DNA of 64,000 nucleotides from contig JAYWIR010000019.1 of assembly GCA_036172245.1 (NCBI GenBank), positions 1,550,001-1,614,000 on the forward strand, in the 5' to 3' direction. Of this stretch, positions 26,697 through 39,100 are shown in pieces. The position numbers were made by a program, and so were the translations under genes. The notes beneath the pieces were generated by a model. It was not told where the DNA came from, ran no database searches, and saw only the letters and a program-made list of their open reading frames with translations. The stretch comes from Raillietiella orientalis (lineage: Eukaryota). Every line of letters begins with the position of its first letter. Position 1 is the first letter of the stretch.

Positions 26697-29512
26697 AAGG
26701 TTACCTGCATGGTCAACTGCATCCGGTCCTGTCGTTCTTGCGACAGGCGTGCAACGAGGGAATCCAGAATTCAAGCACCCCTGCCACGAAAGGAACCCCA
26801 CATTCCCTCCCTTACGGGGGTGTTCAACGAACGCCGTCCACGGGAAAAAAAGAAAAAAAAAAAAAAAACACCGTAACGCCAACTCGAGTCTCGAAACATC
26901 GCTATTGGCCACGAGCACGACGGCACCGAAGAAGCTCTCGTGCACTTCAAAAAATCAATCGCAAACGGCGGGGAAAAAAGCAGAAAAGAAAAAAAGCGTC
27001 GGTGTGCTTGCGTGAAGACAGATCAAAGGACGAGCAGGAGAGGACTTGGGGGAAGTGATCGCGTCAGCCCTGGCAGCCACGAGCCAGGCTCTTCCACGTT
27101 AGTGCAGACGAACGCGGACCAAAGCGAAGAAGGAGAAGAAGAAAGGAAAAGCAGGAAAAAAAACCCAAGTGGAAAGCTACAGAGACGTCTCTTTCTCTCC
27201 TCTGTCCGAGGCTTCGTTTCTTTGGACGGGTAGTCGAAAACCTCCCAGAAACTCGGGGGAGTTCTCCTCCTCTCCGAGCTCTGCGCCCGTTTACAGGGGA
27301 GGGAGCGCTCCCGCGCGCCGCCGTTTCGAAGATCGAGTCCACTGCTGTCAAGATGTCCGCTCCGCAGCGCGAGGGGCCGTCACTCTCTAAGAGACCGCGG
27401 CTCACCACTCGAAAGAATCCATCGGATCAAGGCTTTCAACTGGGCAGCCGAATGAACGAATCGTCTCTTCCACGGGGGGAGGAAAGGAGGTGGGGGGGGG
27501 GGGAGGCGAAAGAACCAAACAAGAAACAAAATAAAGAAAATCATTGATGCGCCATCGAGATGGATGCCGCACTGCTAAGGATGCAAAGGAACCGAAAAAG
27601 GACGCAAGTTGCGCTTGAAAATTCCATGGTGTGTCATTACGGGGTAGGCAAAATAAAAGAGAAGAAACGCGCGCCCTTCTAAAAAATAAAAAAAAAATAA
27701 AAAAATAAAAAAAAAACAGAGAGAGAAAAAAGGAAAAGCTTCCTCCACAGAGACTTTGGAGCAGCAGCAGCAGCAGCAGCGGCGGCGGCAGCAGCGCGCC
27801 AATGTAAATAAGCCCGGACAATTCCATAAATACGTGCGATTTCTTTTCTTTGCACAAAACATGGCGATTACACGGGAAACACTTTTACTTTCACGAGTTG
27901 GGCATTTCTCTGGAGCAAACTGCTTGCAGCTTCGATAAAAACCAGATCGAAATGCGCTTTTTTTTTTTTTTTTTTCTTTTCTTTTCTTTTCTCTCCCTCT
28001 CTCCCCCCCCCCCCCCCGCCATCCAGGTAGCGTCGTCGCGGGCGAGGAGGTAGCCGCTGCCGAGAAAACGAAACGCGCGGATGACGCGACGCGGATGCTC
28101 CGAACGATTGGATCCGCAAACCCCCCGAAAAGGCGGGGGAGGACGGCGCGGAAAGCCGGACTCCCCGAGAGCAGGGAACGGTAACATGGCAGGGGAGGGG
28201 GAGGAGGAGGAGGAAGACGGAGACGGCGAGAGAGAGGCAGGGAGGGGGAGGAGGAGGAGGACTGGCAGCACTGCATGTGCGCAGATGAAACAATGGAAGC
28301 CGGCGAGATAAGGAGGAGGAGGAAGCTGCGAAAGAGAGTGAATGAATTGCAAATTTCTTTCAACATTTCGCTCGGGGGCACACCCTGACCTATAAAGTTT
28401 CTGTAACAGAACGACTATCTGCAGAGTTTCATCAAGGATAAACGTTACATCACCAAAACAAAAATCCGCGTGCGCGCGCGCGCGCGCGCGCGCACGCCGC
28501 TGCTCTTTATCGTTCGCCTTTCTAGACGCGGGGGGAGGAGGAAGAGGGGGGGGGGGGCGCGCGCTTTTTATTCGAACGGAACACGCTGCGTCTGCATCCT
28601 CCTCCGCCTGATGCCCGAGCTGCGTTGTTCCACGGTGCGACCGCTGGAAGATAAATAAAATGGCAGACTTTTTAAACCTGGCAATTCCGACCCGTCAATT
28701 TATCCGTCGAAAATGCCCTGCGCATTCTGCGCAGAACGGCGTGCGCACGAAAATACTGGGGAAGGGGGGGGGGGGACGGAAACACACACACACACGTATA
28801 CACCAAAGGGAACGATGACGAAACGTACAGCAAAAGATACATGGGACGAAAACGGTAAAAACACACACACATGCTGGATGCCCCCCCCCCCTGCCACCCC
28901 AAAGAAGAAGAAGGAAAGCATACAATAATTACAAACAAAAAAAAAACAAACAGACAAAGAAGTGAAAAGGGAGAAGAAGAAGAAGAAGAAGAAGAAGAAG
29001 AAGAAGAAGAAGAAGAGGAGGAGGAGGAGGAGGAGGAGGAGGAAACCCATGGGAAAATACATTACAACGTAGAAACGTAAGGCGAATCACGTGGAACGTG
29101 CGTTACAAAGGATAGGGCGTCGAGGGGAAAGGGAAGTGAAAGTTAACCGCCTGAAGAGTCAGTCTGCTTCAATCCATCTGCGTCTCGAAAGCGAATACAC
29201 AACCGCGAAGCCCCATGGAAGGCACTTTTTTCCTTTTTCTTCCCGTTCCCTCTTCCCTTCTTTCTTTTTTTTTTAAAAAAAAAAACATAAAAACAAAAAA
29301 GGGAGGAGGAAATCCGGCGGGTCGGTCATCGATTCGATAGCGTAACAGCGAGAGCGTCCACGCACGGGCGACGGATTCCCCGGGCCACCGTACCCAACTC
29401 GGACGAAGGGGGGAGGGGGGGGGGAGGGCCTTTTCCCTGTGACCGCAAGACATTCCGTACGCGTACACGATTTTCCGCTGCCAGCAGGGAACGCCGAAAT
29501 CGCCGCCGCCGC

Positions 29513-29546
<34 letters not shown>

Positions 29547-29603
29547 TCCAAGCACGGAATAAACGAAACGCGGCCCAACACGTGGCAGGAGGGGGAGGGA
29601 GGG

Positions 29604-29645
<42 letters not shown>

Positions 29646-29721
29646 AGAAAAAAAAAAAAGGAAGGAACGCTCATAGCAATAACGGCCGGTCCTCGCCTCG
29701 CTCTACAATTCCGGATTTTCG

Positions 29722-29754
<33 letters not shown>

Positions 29755-30358
29755 GGTGTTTTTTTGCCGTCCCCCACAGTGCAGGCGGCGCTCCCCCACC
29801 GTGCAAATCCGTGCAAAAAAGACCATCATCCGACTTACCTTCCAGCTTCATCCCGACGTCCAAGCACTTCTGAAACCGACAGTAGGGGCATCTCTTGCGC
29901 TGGGCTTTGTCGATCTGACAGTTACGTTCGGCAACACACGTGTACACTTTTTTGTTCTGGACCGTCCGTTTGAAAAATCCCTTGCAGGATTCACACGTGA
30001 GAAGACCGTAGTGGTAACCGGACACTTTGTCTCCGCAGACAGGACACAGTTCTTCGATACCTTCCTTGGTATCGGGCAGCTCCTGTGCTCCCAGAGCAGC
30101 GTAATCGACAAGGGTATTGGCACTCACTCCGATGCCAGGACCTGCTGGGGCAGAAAACAAGCATGATGCTTCCAATCCAGACAGGAAAGCGTGACTTAAA
30201 GGACTGGCAGGGTTCGGAGGTACAGAGGGGAAGGCTTGCGATCCCAACACACTGCTATTGTTTATTATGTTTCCAGAGGATGCTGGTAAGGCGCCGTGAG
30301 TCAAATTGAACTGGGATAAATTCAAAGTATTAATCGGCAAGTCCATTTCCACTAGCAT
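24470..30358 (-). CDS. ftz-f1: Nuclear receptor FTZ-F1 (NR5A3), beta-type isoform, 4 coding exons, 538 aa
   Basis: complement(join(24470..24717,24775..25033,25085..25674,29839..30358)), 1617 nt, GT-AG introns, phases consistent. C4 zinc fingers [33 protein letters not shown] (P-box ESCKG). FTZ-F1 box [27 protein letters not shown]. The LBD has [15 protein letters not shown] and AF-2 LLMEMLHAK. Confidence 0.97.
28973..29043. repeat. Compound (GAA)n(GGA)n microsatellite in FTZ-F1 intron
   Basis: Seen directly. Confidence 0.95.
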
Positions 30359-30601
30359 AACAACTCCAAAATAGTAGAGATCTTTCCTTCGTGAACCTGC
30401 ATGGATTATGTCACTCGGGGAGGAGACGCGAATCGGAGGGCAGAAGGCACTTTTACTTTCTATGCATTAGGAGACAGAAAAAGAAGAAGGAAAAAAAAAA
30501 AAAAAAAAAGGAAGGAAAAAAAAAAACACGGCCAGCACATGGCTCACGCATCCATTTTGATCGCTTTGAATCAACAAAATGATTGCTGAGTGGATGATGT
30601 C

Positions 30602-30611
30602 AGTGAAAGTG
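30602..30611 (+). promoter_or_regulatory. Candidate Blimp-1/PRDM1 binding site AGTGAAAGTG upstream of the beta FTZ-F1 start
   Basis: Matches the PRDM1/Blimp-1 consensus and lies ~245 bp 5' of the beta ATG at 30358. Confidence 0.5.
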
Positions 30612-30692
30612 ATCTTTCCCGCGACGGCCTACTTTGCACTGGTTACCATGGCGAGTCTCACTTACCAACGACTAAGTTCTAATGGAGCCTAC

Positions 30693-30703
30693 TGACCTAC
30701 TTA
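30693..30703 (-). promoter_or_regulatory. Candidate HR3/E75 monomeric site (RORE) TAAGTAGGTCA upstream of the beta FTZ-F1 start
   Basis: Perfect match to WAWNTRGGTCA, ~335 bp 5' of the beta ATG. An identical 11-mer recurs at 33441-33451. Confidence 0.55.
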
Positions 30704-33440
30704 GCGCGTTCGTGCAATACAGGCGTTACAACACGTCTGCCTCTCTTATTACACAAAAGGACAAAGTGTATGCATTTCATATAGGATGTGAAATTCTCAC
30801 TCCCCCCTCCCAACTTTCCATTAACAAAGTTGTTTCATAGATTTCAAGAAAAAACAACAACAACAACAACAACTCAAAAACAAAAAAAAAAAAAACCCGA
30901 AATTTCTTTCCTCTCTTCTTTTTTTTTTTTTTTAGGGGGAGGCGGGAGGGGGGGGGGAGGTGTACGCGTCGCCTTACAAAGTTAAATTCTAAAAAAAAAA
31001 AAAAAAATAAAACGAAAGTGAACTTGAATAGCGGTATCCTGGATTTGCAGATTTCAAGATCAACCACTCTCCAATTATGTGACGTGCGGCCGATTGCGAG
31101 CGCGCACCCACCCGGTGACCACACGTCGGTACACGGGGAACGGTACACCGGGTACACAAATACCTTCCTCACGTACCCTTCCATCGAATATCGCCTTTTG
31201 TACGGTCCGGTGGAGGTGTAGCCCTGCGACGCACGGAATCCTCCGCGGCGGTGCACGGTGGGGCCGGGCGGGGGTGCAGACGGAATTACAGGACTGCCGC
31301 CGCCTATTTGCGGCAACGTTCTCCCGGGGTGTTTCGCCCCCTTCCGCAGGAATGTGGCAGAACACACAAGTCAACCACACGGGGAAGGAAGGAACCCCAA
31401 CCAACGGGGTGCATCCTCTCTCTTTTTTTTTCTTTCCCTCCTTCCTCCTCTTCTCCTTCTTCACGTCGAACTCTTAAAACGGATGCTCGAAAACTCGATC
31501 TTATCGATCATGATATCTGCAGAAAAGGAAGAAGAAGAAGAAGAAAAAAAAGGCGAAGAGAGCAAGCAGAAATTTCCGAATCGGTTCCCGCGAAGACGCT
31601 GCAAAACGTGGAAAAAAAATTCCACATGGAATAAGCAGACGAGGATTCACGAAGCAACTGCAAAACTTTTGTACCGATAGACGAGACGGAGCTTCTTAAA
31701 CGACCATTTCCGCAAAAACTCGAGCTTTCCGCAACTCGTTCTGACATTGTAAGTGCTGCTTTTTTTTTTTTTCTCCCTCTCCCCCCCCCCTCTTCCCCTC
31801 CCCCCCCCCTCTAACACTGCCACAGCTTTAATAAAATGCACAAGAGGGGATTTCATTTTCTTTCCCGTTCGAGCTTAGGCGCGGGCGGCAAAACGAAGCC
31901 TTTTTATTTCCCACATCCGGGGAGCGGAGCTTCCCCATTCGCAGTGGGGCACGGGCCAGCAGCGCGCCAATCCACGTTTTTCATTATCCCCCTCTTTCGT
32001 CCACATCCGCGGAGCCGCCGCCAAGGTGGACGAACGCGTGGAGGGGCGGTCGAGCCCGACCGCGGTCCGTCCACCCGGTGGCAGGACAGGGATGCACGGG
32101 TGGCGCAGCCAAGGGGAGCCACCAAAAACGCACCGGCGCCACCATGCGAGAGTACCTTAATAATAATAAGAATAATAAATAAAAGGTACGCTGGGGGGGG
32201 GGGGGGAGTGTGTGTTGGAAATCAACGCGCGAAGGATGGCTGTCCCTGCAATTTCGCGCGTAGCAGTTTGTTTAAAAAGAGAAGGAAGGACAGAAGAGAC
32301 GAAAAAGATAAAAAAGACAGGATTACCACCACTCCGCCGAGCAATTCGGTTTTTTTCCACGCTCAGCTTTGGATTTCGAAAAGGCAGTAAATAAATAGTT
32401 AAACCCGCGTCTGCTGCTGCCGCGAAGGTGTACGAAAACGCCTGCCTCGGAAGAGGAAAATTCTGCATTTTTTTTTTCTTTTCCAAAGTAAATCTGTGCA
32501 TCGGTGTATTTTAGACGCATACACCCGAAAAGGTGTGCTCATCCCCGAGTTTTGATCTACGGCAGGGGGGGGAAGGGGGGAAGGATTGTTTTTTAGAATG
32601 ATGCAACCGGGTACATCGGATCCGCAAACAGGGAACAGGCACCGGCTCTCCAAATCAATAAAATAAATTACGATTATCAATAAACGCCCTTGAAATTTTT
32701 TTCATCTGGATTGCATTATGCAATCCCATGGCTTTCTTAGCTTCGGGTTGCATGTTGACATAGAAACACCATGCACTAGACCTACTTTCGCTTCAGTGTT
32801 CTCGTAAAAACTGTCGCAGTGAAACTACCTACACTTGACCCTATTTTCATTTTCGTTCTTTTAAGAATTCTGCTAGCACCGGTGATTTGTGGTCCCAATG
32901 CTAGAAGCTAAAATACTATCTCAGGGTCATGATGGCAATTATGCAATGCCGAGAAAAGAAATTCCCCAAGAAATTCGAAATTTCAGCAAATGCTGCTGCT
33001 CCCACCTCGTTTTGCCCACTATTCCTACAACTGCTATTTTACCACGCAGTTAAGGAAATTTGTTTGTGTGTGTGTGTGTGTGTTTTTTTTCTTCTTCTTC
33101 TTCTTCTTCTCCGGTGTGTGTGTGTGTGTTTTTTTTCCCTTCCCGTGAACTTACGCAAAACCGGGAACAGGAACGAACGAAATGACTGGAAAAATACGCA
33201 ATTCGGTACCCCCGAGTCGAAGCAGAGTCCCGATTTATTGTACACGTACACATCGGCAAAACTGCACCTACGACCTTTTTCAATGTTGAAAAGAAGCTGG
33301 CAGTTCTTTCGTACACCACTAAAACATATGATGAAAGCAAGCGTTTAGAAATGCAGCTCATATTCCGCCAAGTGACAAAGAATCTCTTAGCATTCATTGG
33401 AAAGCATTCCTGTACGTCTAGCACACACTCCTCGTAATTG

Positions 33441-33451
33441 TAAGTAGGTCA
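33441..33451 (+). promoter_or_regulatory. Second candidate HR3/E75 RORE site TAAGTAGGTCA
   Basis: Perfect RORE consensus between the putative alpha exon and the beta start. Confidence 0.5.
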
Positions 33452-33900
33452 AATGCAATACTTCAGGAATAACGCGACAAACAACAATAAATCAATGGGC
33501 TTCAATTACATAAGGATCGCGCCCAGAGTGGCACAAAGGATGAAAACACACACACGGGGCTTAACCATTAAATTAGTGACATCCCCACATGGTGAAAGTG
33601 CTTACGTTACATATTGCGATTCGTAGTGACACCTATCGATGTGTTTTCAAATCTACGATTCCCATTTAGCATTGGGATTTGGGGACCGCGGTGCAACGGG
33701 AGGAGAATTTAACCACCGATCCGAAAGGGGGGGAGCAAGGAAGGGAGGGGAAAAAAAAAAAAAAAAAAAAACGAAAAAAAAAAAAACACGAAGGAAGGAA
33801 GGAAGGAAGGAAGGAAGGAGAGAGAAAAAGGGGGGGAGAAAAAAGAAGAAGAAGAAGAAGAAGAAAAAAACCATCCGGCCTTTACATTTTGCGTGCTCAC

Positions 33901-34054
33901 CTGACTGAACCTGACTATTCTGAACTGGCATTTCTAAATCCAACTCACTTTTTTCAAGTTCATTATGGATATTGGACAGCAGCTGCACGTCATTGGAAGT
34001 TTCCTTATTTCCAAGGTGAATACGAGAACTGGTGGGAACCGTGTCTGTTTCCAT
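33901..34054 (-). CDS. ftz-f1: Probable alternative first coding exon of FTZ-F1 (alpha-type N-terminus)
   Basis: ATG at 34054 with an in-frame stop upstream. Encodes METDTVPTSSRIHLGNKETSNDVQLLSNIHNELEKSELDLEMPVQNSQVQS and ends at a strong phase-1 donor CAG|GTGAGC (33900). A phase-1 acceptor TTGTTTTCTGCCCCAG|CAG|GT exists inside the beta exon (exon starts 30144 or 30141). Confidence 0.6.
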
Positions 34055-36198
34055 CTTCACAACAGACAGGTCCACCGAATCGTCACATGGATTACGGGAA
34101 GCAACTCGACGGGATTATTTTTTTCCTGGAGGGTGGTGGTGGCATAATACCCACACGGCACTATCGAACCTCTTCTAGCTTCACTTTCCTACGTAGCCAC
34201 ACAACGCAAAGAAGTGGGTATGTAGGACAACAAATACAGTGTGTAATTCTGCTCTGGCACAGCAAATTGAACTTTACTAGCTACACACCCTATCCTCCAT
34301 CTTACTGCGATGCGTGCATGTTCTCTGCGGAGAAGAAAGAACTGCAGTCATTCAGTTTATTGTGCGGACGTCCACAGTATTAAATTGTGGAATCTTGAAA
34401 TTTCTGTAGGTAAACTTTATGTGTGTGTTTTGTGTGTGTTGGTAGGGGCGATGTATAACTATCCATGTCTGTCTGCCTGCGGTTTTTTTTTTTTTTTTTT
34501 TTCATATATAGATTTGTGTGTGTGTGTGTGTGTATATATGTGTATGTGTGTGGTGTGTGTGTGTGTGTGTATCGTTTTTTTTTTTTCTTCTTCAAAGGGG
34601 GGCGCACACTTGTGAAAATTGAAAATTAAATAATAAGCAGAGTGTGCGTAGACTTGGGTGTTTAATGTACAGTGGTAAAGTAGAATGGTAAAGATTTGAG
34701 GCTGTCCTTCCATTTCTGTGTAATGTGCTGCACTTGGAATTTATTGCACCCTTTTTCTCCTTCTCCTTTTTCTCTCACTCCCCAGGGTCAGTGATTTTAT
34801 TTTTTTATTTTTTTTTTTATTTTAGGGAATGAGTCACTTGCATCTCCCTTGCTAATTTTGTGAAAATTGTGAAAATTTTCAAACCAAGTCATGTGTCTTC
34901 CATCCCAAATAGGACTGTGTTTGATAACATGCATTAAGTAATTTGTGTGGACATTTCTTCACCATCTCTGCAATGTTATGATTCCCTCACACTAATGAAT
35001 TGATTCCTGCAGCATCACACTGCTTGTAAACATCAGTTATACATTAATAGTGATACGTCATCAGGCTGTGCTGGTTGGTGATTGTGCCTCCATAATTCCA
35101 AGACATTGTGTTGCCCATTTGAAGTGCCCAATTTTGAGAAACAGTTAGAATCGTTTCATGGCACACTCTGGTGGAAAGGAAAAGGTTTCTGAGATCTTGG
35201 CCTCAGAACACATCATTCGAACTCTGGCTTTGCTGGCAGAATTAAATAATTACCTTGATTTCTGTTCAAGTGATGAAGTTTTTATTTCACAATGCCTGAT
35301 ATGAATGTGTTGTTCACATGTGATTCCACGAGGGAGGGAGAGAGAGAGGGGGGGGGGAGGGAAAGGATCCGTTTAATATGTACCACGGGAGGAAGGAAAG
35401 CAGGAAAAAAATTTGCTAGGTGGGGAAGAACAAAAGTGCGAATGTGGGTTGCTTTCGACGGATCGCCGATTCGAAAACACAGCATCCCGGTGTGTTATTT
35501 ATTCCATCCGTGGTGTATGAGTGTGAATGCAAGAGTTTCCCAAGTAACGTGGTTTTCCTAAGGTCCTTTTTTTTGCTCGCGTGATTTTGCATGTGCAAAG
35601 AGCAACTTTTTTTCTTTTTTTTATGCCTGTATAAATGCAAAAACACATCCAAAGGCGATCTCGAGCTGCTGCTTTTGGAAAATCAACTTCTCGTTAGGTG
35701 CTTTTTTTTTTTTTTTTTTTTGGCTTTACGTCGTCAAATGCTGATTACTTGCGTTGAGATCTGTTCCCAAAGATTTTCATGAAAACGATGCAGCCATGCA
35801 CCACTGTAAATAGTAGTGCCTTGTAATTAGTGTTGATGGGGGAGGGAAAGCTCCACAATTAACCTTGCCTCTTGGCATTTTTTTTTTTTTCTTCTTCTTC
35901 TTCTTTTCCCTCCAAAATGGCATTTCCCCAGGATTCTGATTTAACCTTCAGTGATGTAACAGCTTTGTTGTAGTATTCCTTGATGCAATTCGATGTTGCG
36001 AAACCCGTGATCGTTTCTTAATAAATGGCACAAAATATTGCCGAATTCGTCTCCAAGAATAGCTTTGCTTCCAGAACAGGAACTGTTTAGATACCACAGG
36101 TGCAGTCGAGGCAGACGGATTTCCCAAACACCACGTACACATTGGATGATTTAAAATTACATTTCATGCTCCGCGAAATTAGTAAATCCGGGGGAAAG

Positions 36199-36250
<52 letters not shown>

Positions 36251-36581
36251 GCTGTTGTTTTTTTTCTTTTCGTCAAAATTCCTTTGGATGTAATCGCCTT
36301 TTTTTTTTTTTTTCCTTTCGTAGTTTCCTTTTTAATTGCTTCGTACTTTTGGGAAGAAAGAAAGAAACTGTGGTTTTTTCGAGAAAGTCGGGGGAAGTTT
36401 GCTTCTCGGAAGTGTTTGCCGACGTCCCGAGATGTTTGCATATATCCCTTAAAACGGTGAAAGCTTCCCTCTCTCTTTGCCTTGGTCTTGCCGAAATTCG
36501 TTTCGTCCTCTTCGTGTATTTTACGTGCTGGGCTCTTGGCCGACCCCACTCGGGTAGGCCGCACCCACGACCTACCCAGCC

Positions 36582-36668
36582 AGTGCACACCTTCCGGTGC
36601 CCGTGTCTCCCAGACACTCCTGGGGAGTGCACTTTTCGGTGCCCGTGTCTCCCAGACACCCTTGGGAA
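36582..36668. repeat. Two-copy ~44-bp tandem repeat, each with a GTGTCT-ccc-AGACAC hairpin
   Basis: The core CGGTGCCCGTGTCTCCCAGACAC occurs twice, about 43 bp apart. Confidence 0.85.
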
Positions 36669-37599
36669 GCACAGCGGGTGTATTTCAGGCACACATGGAG
36701 ATTCCCCCATGGGAAGTTTTGCTCGGACACGGAGCAGACAAAAAAAAAAAAAAAAAAACTTGAACTTCACTTTCCCTCCAAAATGAGTAGCTCTTAACAA
36801 ACATCCCACAGGATAAAAATGCATAGATTTTAAAGGAAAAAAAAAAAAAAAACACAAGAGAGTCGTGTGCTCTCCCATTTCAAGGAAATGCACTTTTTTT
36901 GTGTGTTCGTTTTCTTATTCTCGATATTCCTGTCCTCTTTGTCTCGGTACCTGTGTCAAGGGCTGCCGACCCTCAAGTGAGTGAAGCTCTCGTGCAGGAG
37001 GAGGAGGTGGAAGGGGGGGGGGGAGGGTATGTTATTTTCAAAAAAGAAAAAAAAGAAAAAGTGCCGTGCTGGGGTTGTCGTTTGTCTCGGGAAGCCTTTT
37101 GGTTGCATTGCGAAAGCGTTTCCGATCCCTCGCCACACTCAGTTTAATGATTACGGTGATCCCATGATTGACCTCGGGGGCGGTTGCAGCCCTGGAAGAT
37201 TGTGTTGGTGATCGGACATTGTGTTTCTCTTCCGCGGTTCCTTTTGGCACGCGTTCTTCGCTGTTTATTCGTGGTTTCGGGTGCATTTCAACTTTCCCTG
37301 TATCTGTTTTCTCTGCCATTTAGTTAACCAGCAGCCGTTTTGCCATCGCTGCGATTCCTCGAGGGTGCGTTCGGTTTTGGAAAATCCGCCCCTTAATGCT
37401 TCCCGCGCTCGCATCCGGAGCGTATTTCACACGCTTTTATCAAATCTTCCGTGCGATTTTCTTCTTCTGCTTCTTCTTCTTCCGTTCCCAAGAGATCCTC
37501 CTCTTTATGATCAAGCAGGAGAAGCGATTGTCCTTTCCGAAAGAGTAATCTCCATCATTTGTTTACTTCATTTCTGTGCTGTGGTTTATCATATCCCGG

Positions 37600-39100
37600 A
37601 ATGCTTCCTTTGTGGTCCCCCATCCTTTCCCTCTTGTGCTGGGAACTCGGAATGTTCCCGGTTCAAGAGCTGACAGGCCGTATCCAATTACTATGTAATT
37701 ATTATTTTGTAAACGTGCCGTTCACGATTGTATGGAAAACTTGGCGTTGTCGTGTTTGTGTGTTCTCAAAGTACACCGCAGCCCTACCTGAACCTTTCTT
37801 CCTCTTTGCACAGTCGTATATTGGTTTTTACATCTCACTCACATTGTCTTCGCTTCCCCTTTGCATTTCGTTTTTTTTTTCTTCTTCTTCTTCTTTCTTC
37901 TTCTTCAAAGGAGATCATGTTACATTCCATCCCATTTCTTCCTTTCGTGTGGGTGTGCTTTTTTGATCAGACCGTTTGCTTGTAATGAATCCTTGCAGAC
38001 AAACATACATCGGTGGGTTCATCTCCCAAGTACCTGTGAGCGCGTATTCCTTCTCTGAGTTTCTGGAGAGGTAAAGGCACAGAGGATTCCTTCAGAATGG
38101 GTTTGTCTTTCCTCTTGCGTTCAACATCTTTAGTTAAGTACCCATGATTTGGAAAATCCCCCCCTCTCTCTCTCTCCCGGGAGAGAGAGGACAAATTGCA
38201 CCGTTTTCACTTTGGTTCGAGCCTATTGGCACAGAAGGTTCTTCCTGTTTGTCTGCAGAACGAGTCAGGTGGAATTGCTGCTGCTGCTGCTGCTGCATCT
38301 CGCTGCTTGTGATCTCCGGGCGCGCCCGGCGCCAACTCGCTCGAGAGCTCCGTTTGCTGCTGGTGCAGCGTGGTGAACTGCCTCGTTGCCAGGCTGCGTT
38401 CTGGTGTCTCGTTTCCACATATTTTGGGAACATTTCTGGTTCCCCGTTCCACCAGTCTACCCGTACGGTTGCAAATCCCATATTTTATTTCCACAATCGA
38501 AAGTAAACACGCTGCCTCCCGAAGTAGGTGTTCCATCGATCTTCGAAACGTGATCGTGACTCTTGAAGAGCTCGAAAAAATTATGAATAAATTGCACACC
38601 GCCGTGATTTCGTCGGGGAAACCGCGCAGCGGTAATTTCCGTGGGCCCTCCACAACTTTAACGTCAGTTTGCTCGCCTTATATGATCTTGTGCCCGGTTT
38701 CTGCCCTGGTCGTGTATGGAAGGGGATTCTGCATGCAGCAGCCGTTAATTGCATGCAGGATGCAGGAGATTCTTGCTGTGGTAAGAACCGCCGGGCGCGC
38801 GAAAAAAGGAAAACTGTGGTCCGAGGCGGGGCTTTTTGTTTCGGTGCAGGGAAAAGAAAATCCGTGGACTCTGTATCAAGCTGGAAAATCTGTTTTTACT
38901 TTCCCGTGTGATGGATTACATAACCCACATATCGTTCAGATAAGCGTAGCAGCGCCGAGATCCCGGCTTTCATGATTTGTAAGCTTTGATAAACAGGAAA
39001 TCACCAGGCTGCAGGCCTTCGTTCATAATTTTGGAAAATGGCTTCGCGTCAGGAACGTATCCGAAGAAAGATATACGCGCGAGACGCATCGCCGACACAA
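37600..39100 (-). mobile_element. Possible highly decayed Penelope-like retroelement (RT plus GIY-YIG)
   Basis: Weak motifs in the expected order: LTRSHFPKL, ICGLCNPSHGK (LYGLPK.HK), DVKVV, VDWWNGEPEMFP (DG.AMGSPLGP), NHGYL (NGYP), RYLGDE (PYLG), VQVGLRCTLRTHKH (YVG.T.R.L.TR..EH). Confidence 0.35.

Noticed and set aside
29273..29838. C-terminal half of the 361-aa ORF containing the FTZ-F1 DBD
   Set aside because: This is read-through into the intron past the G|GTAAGT donor at 29838 and translates microsatellites ([14 protein letters not shown]).
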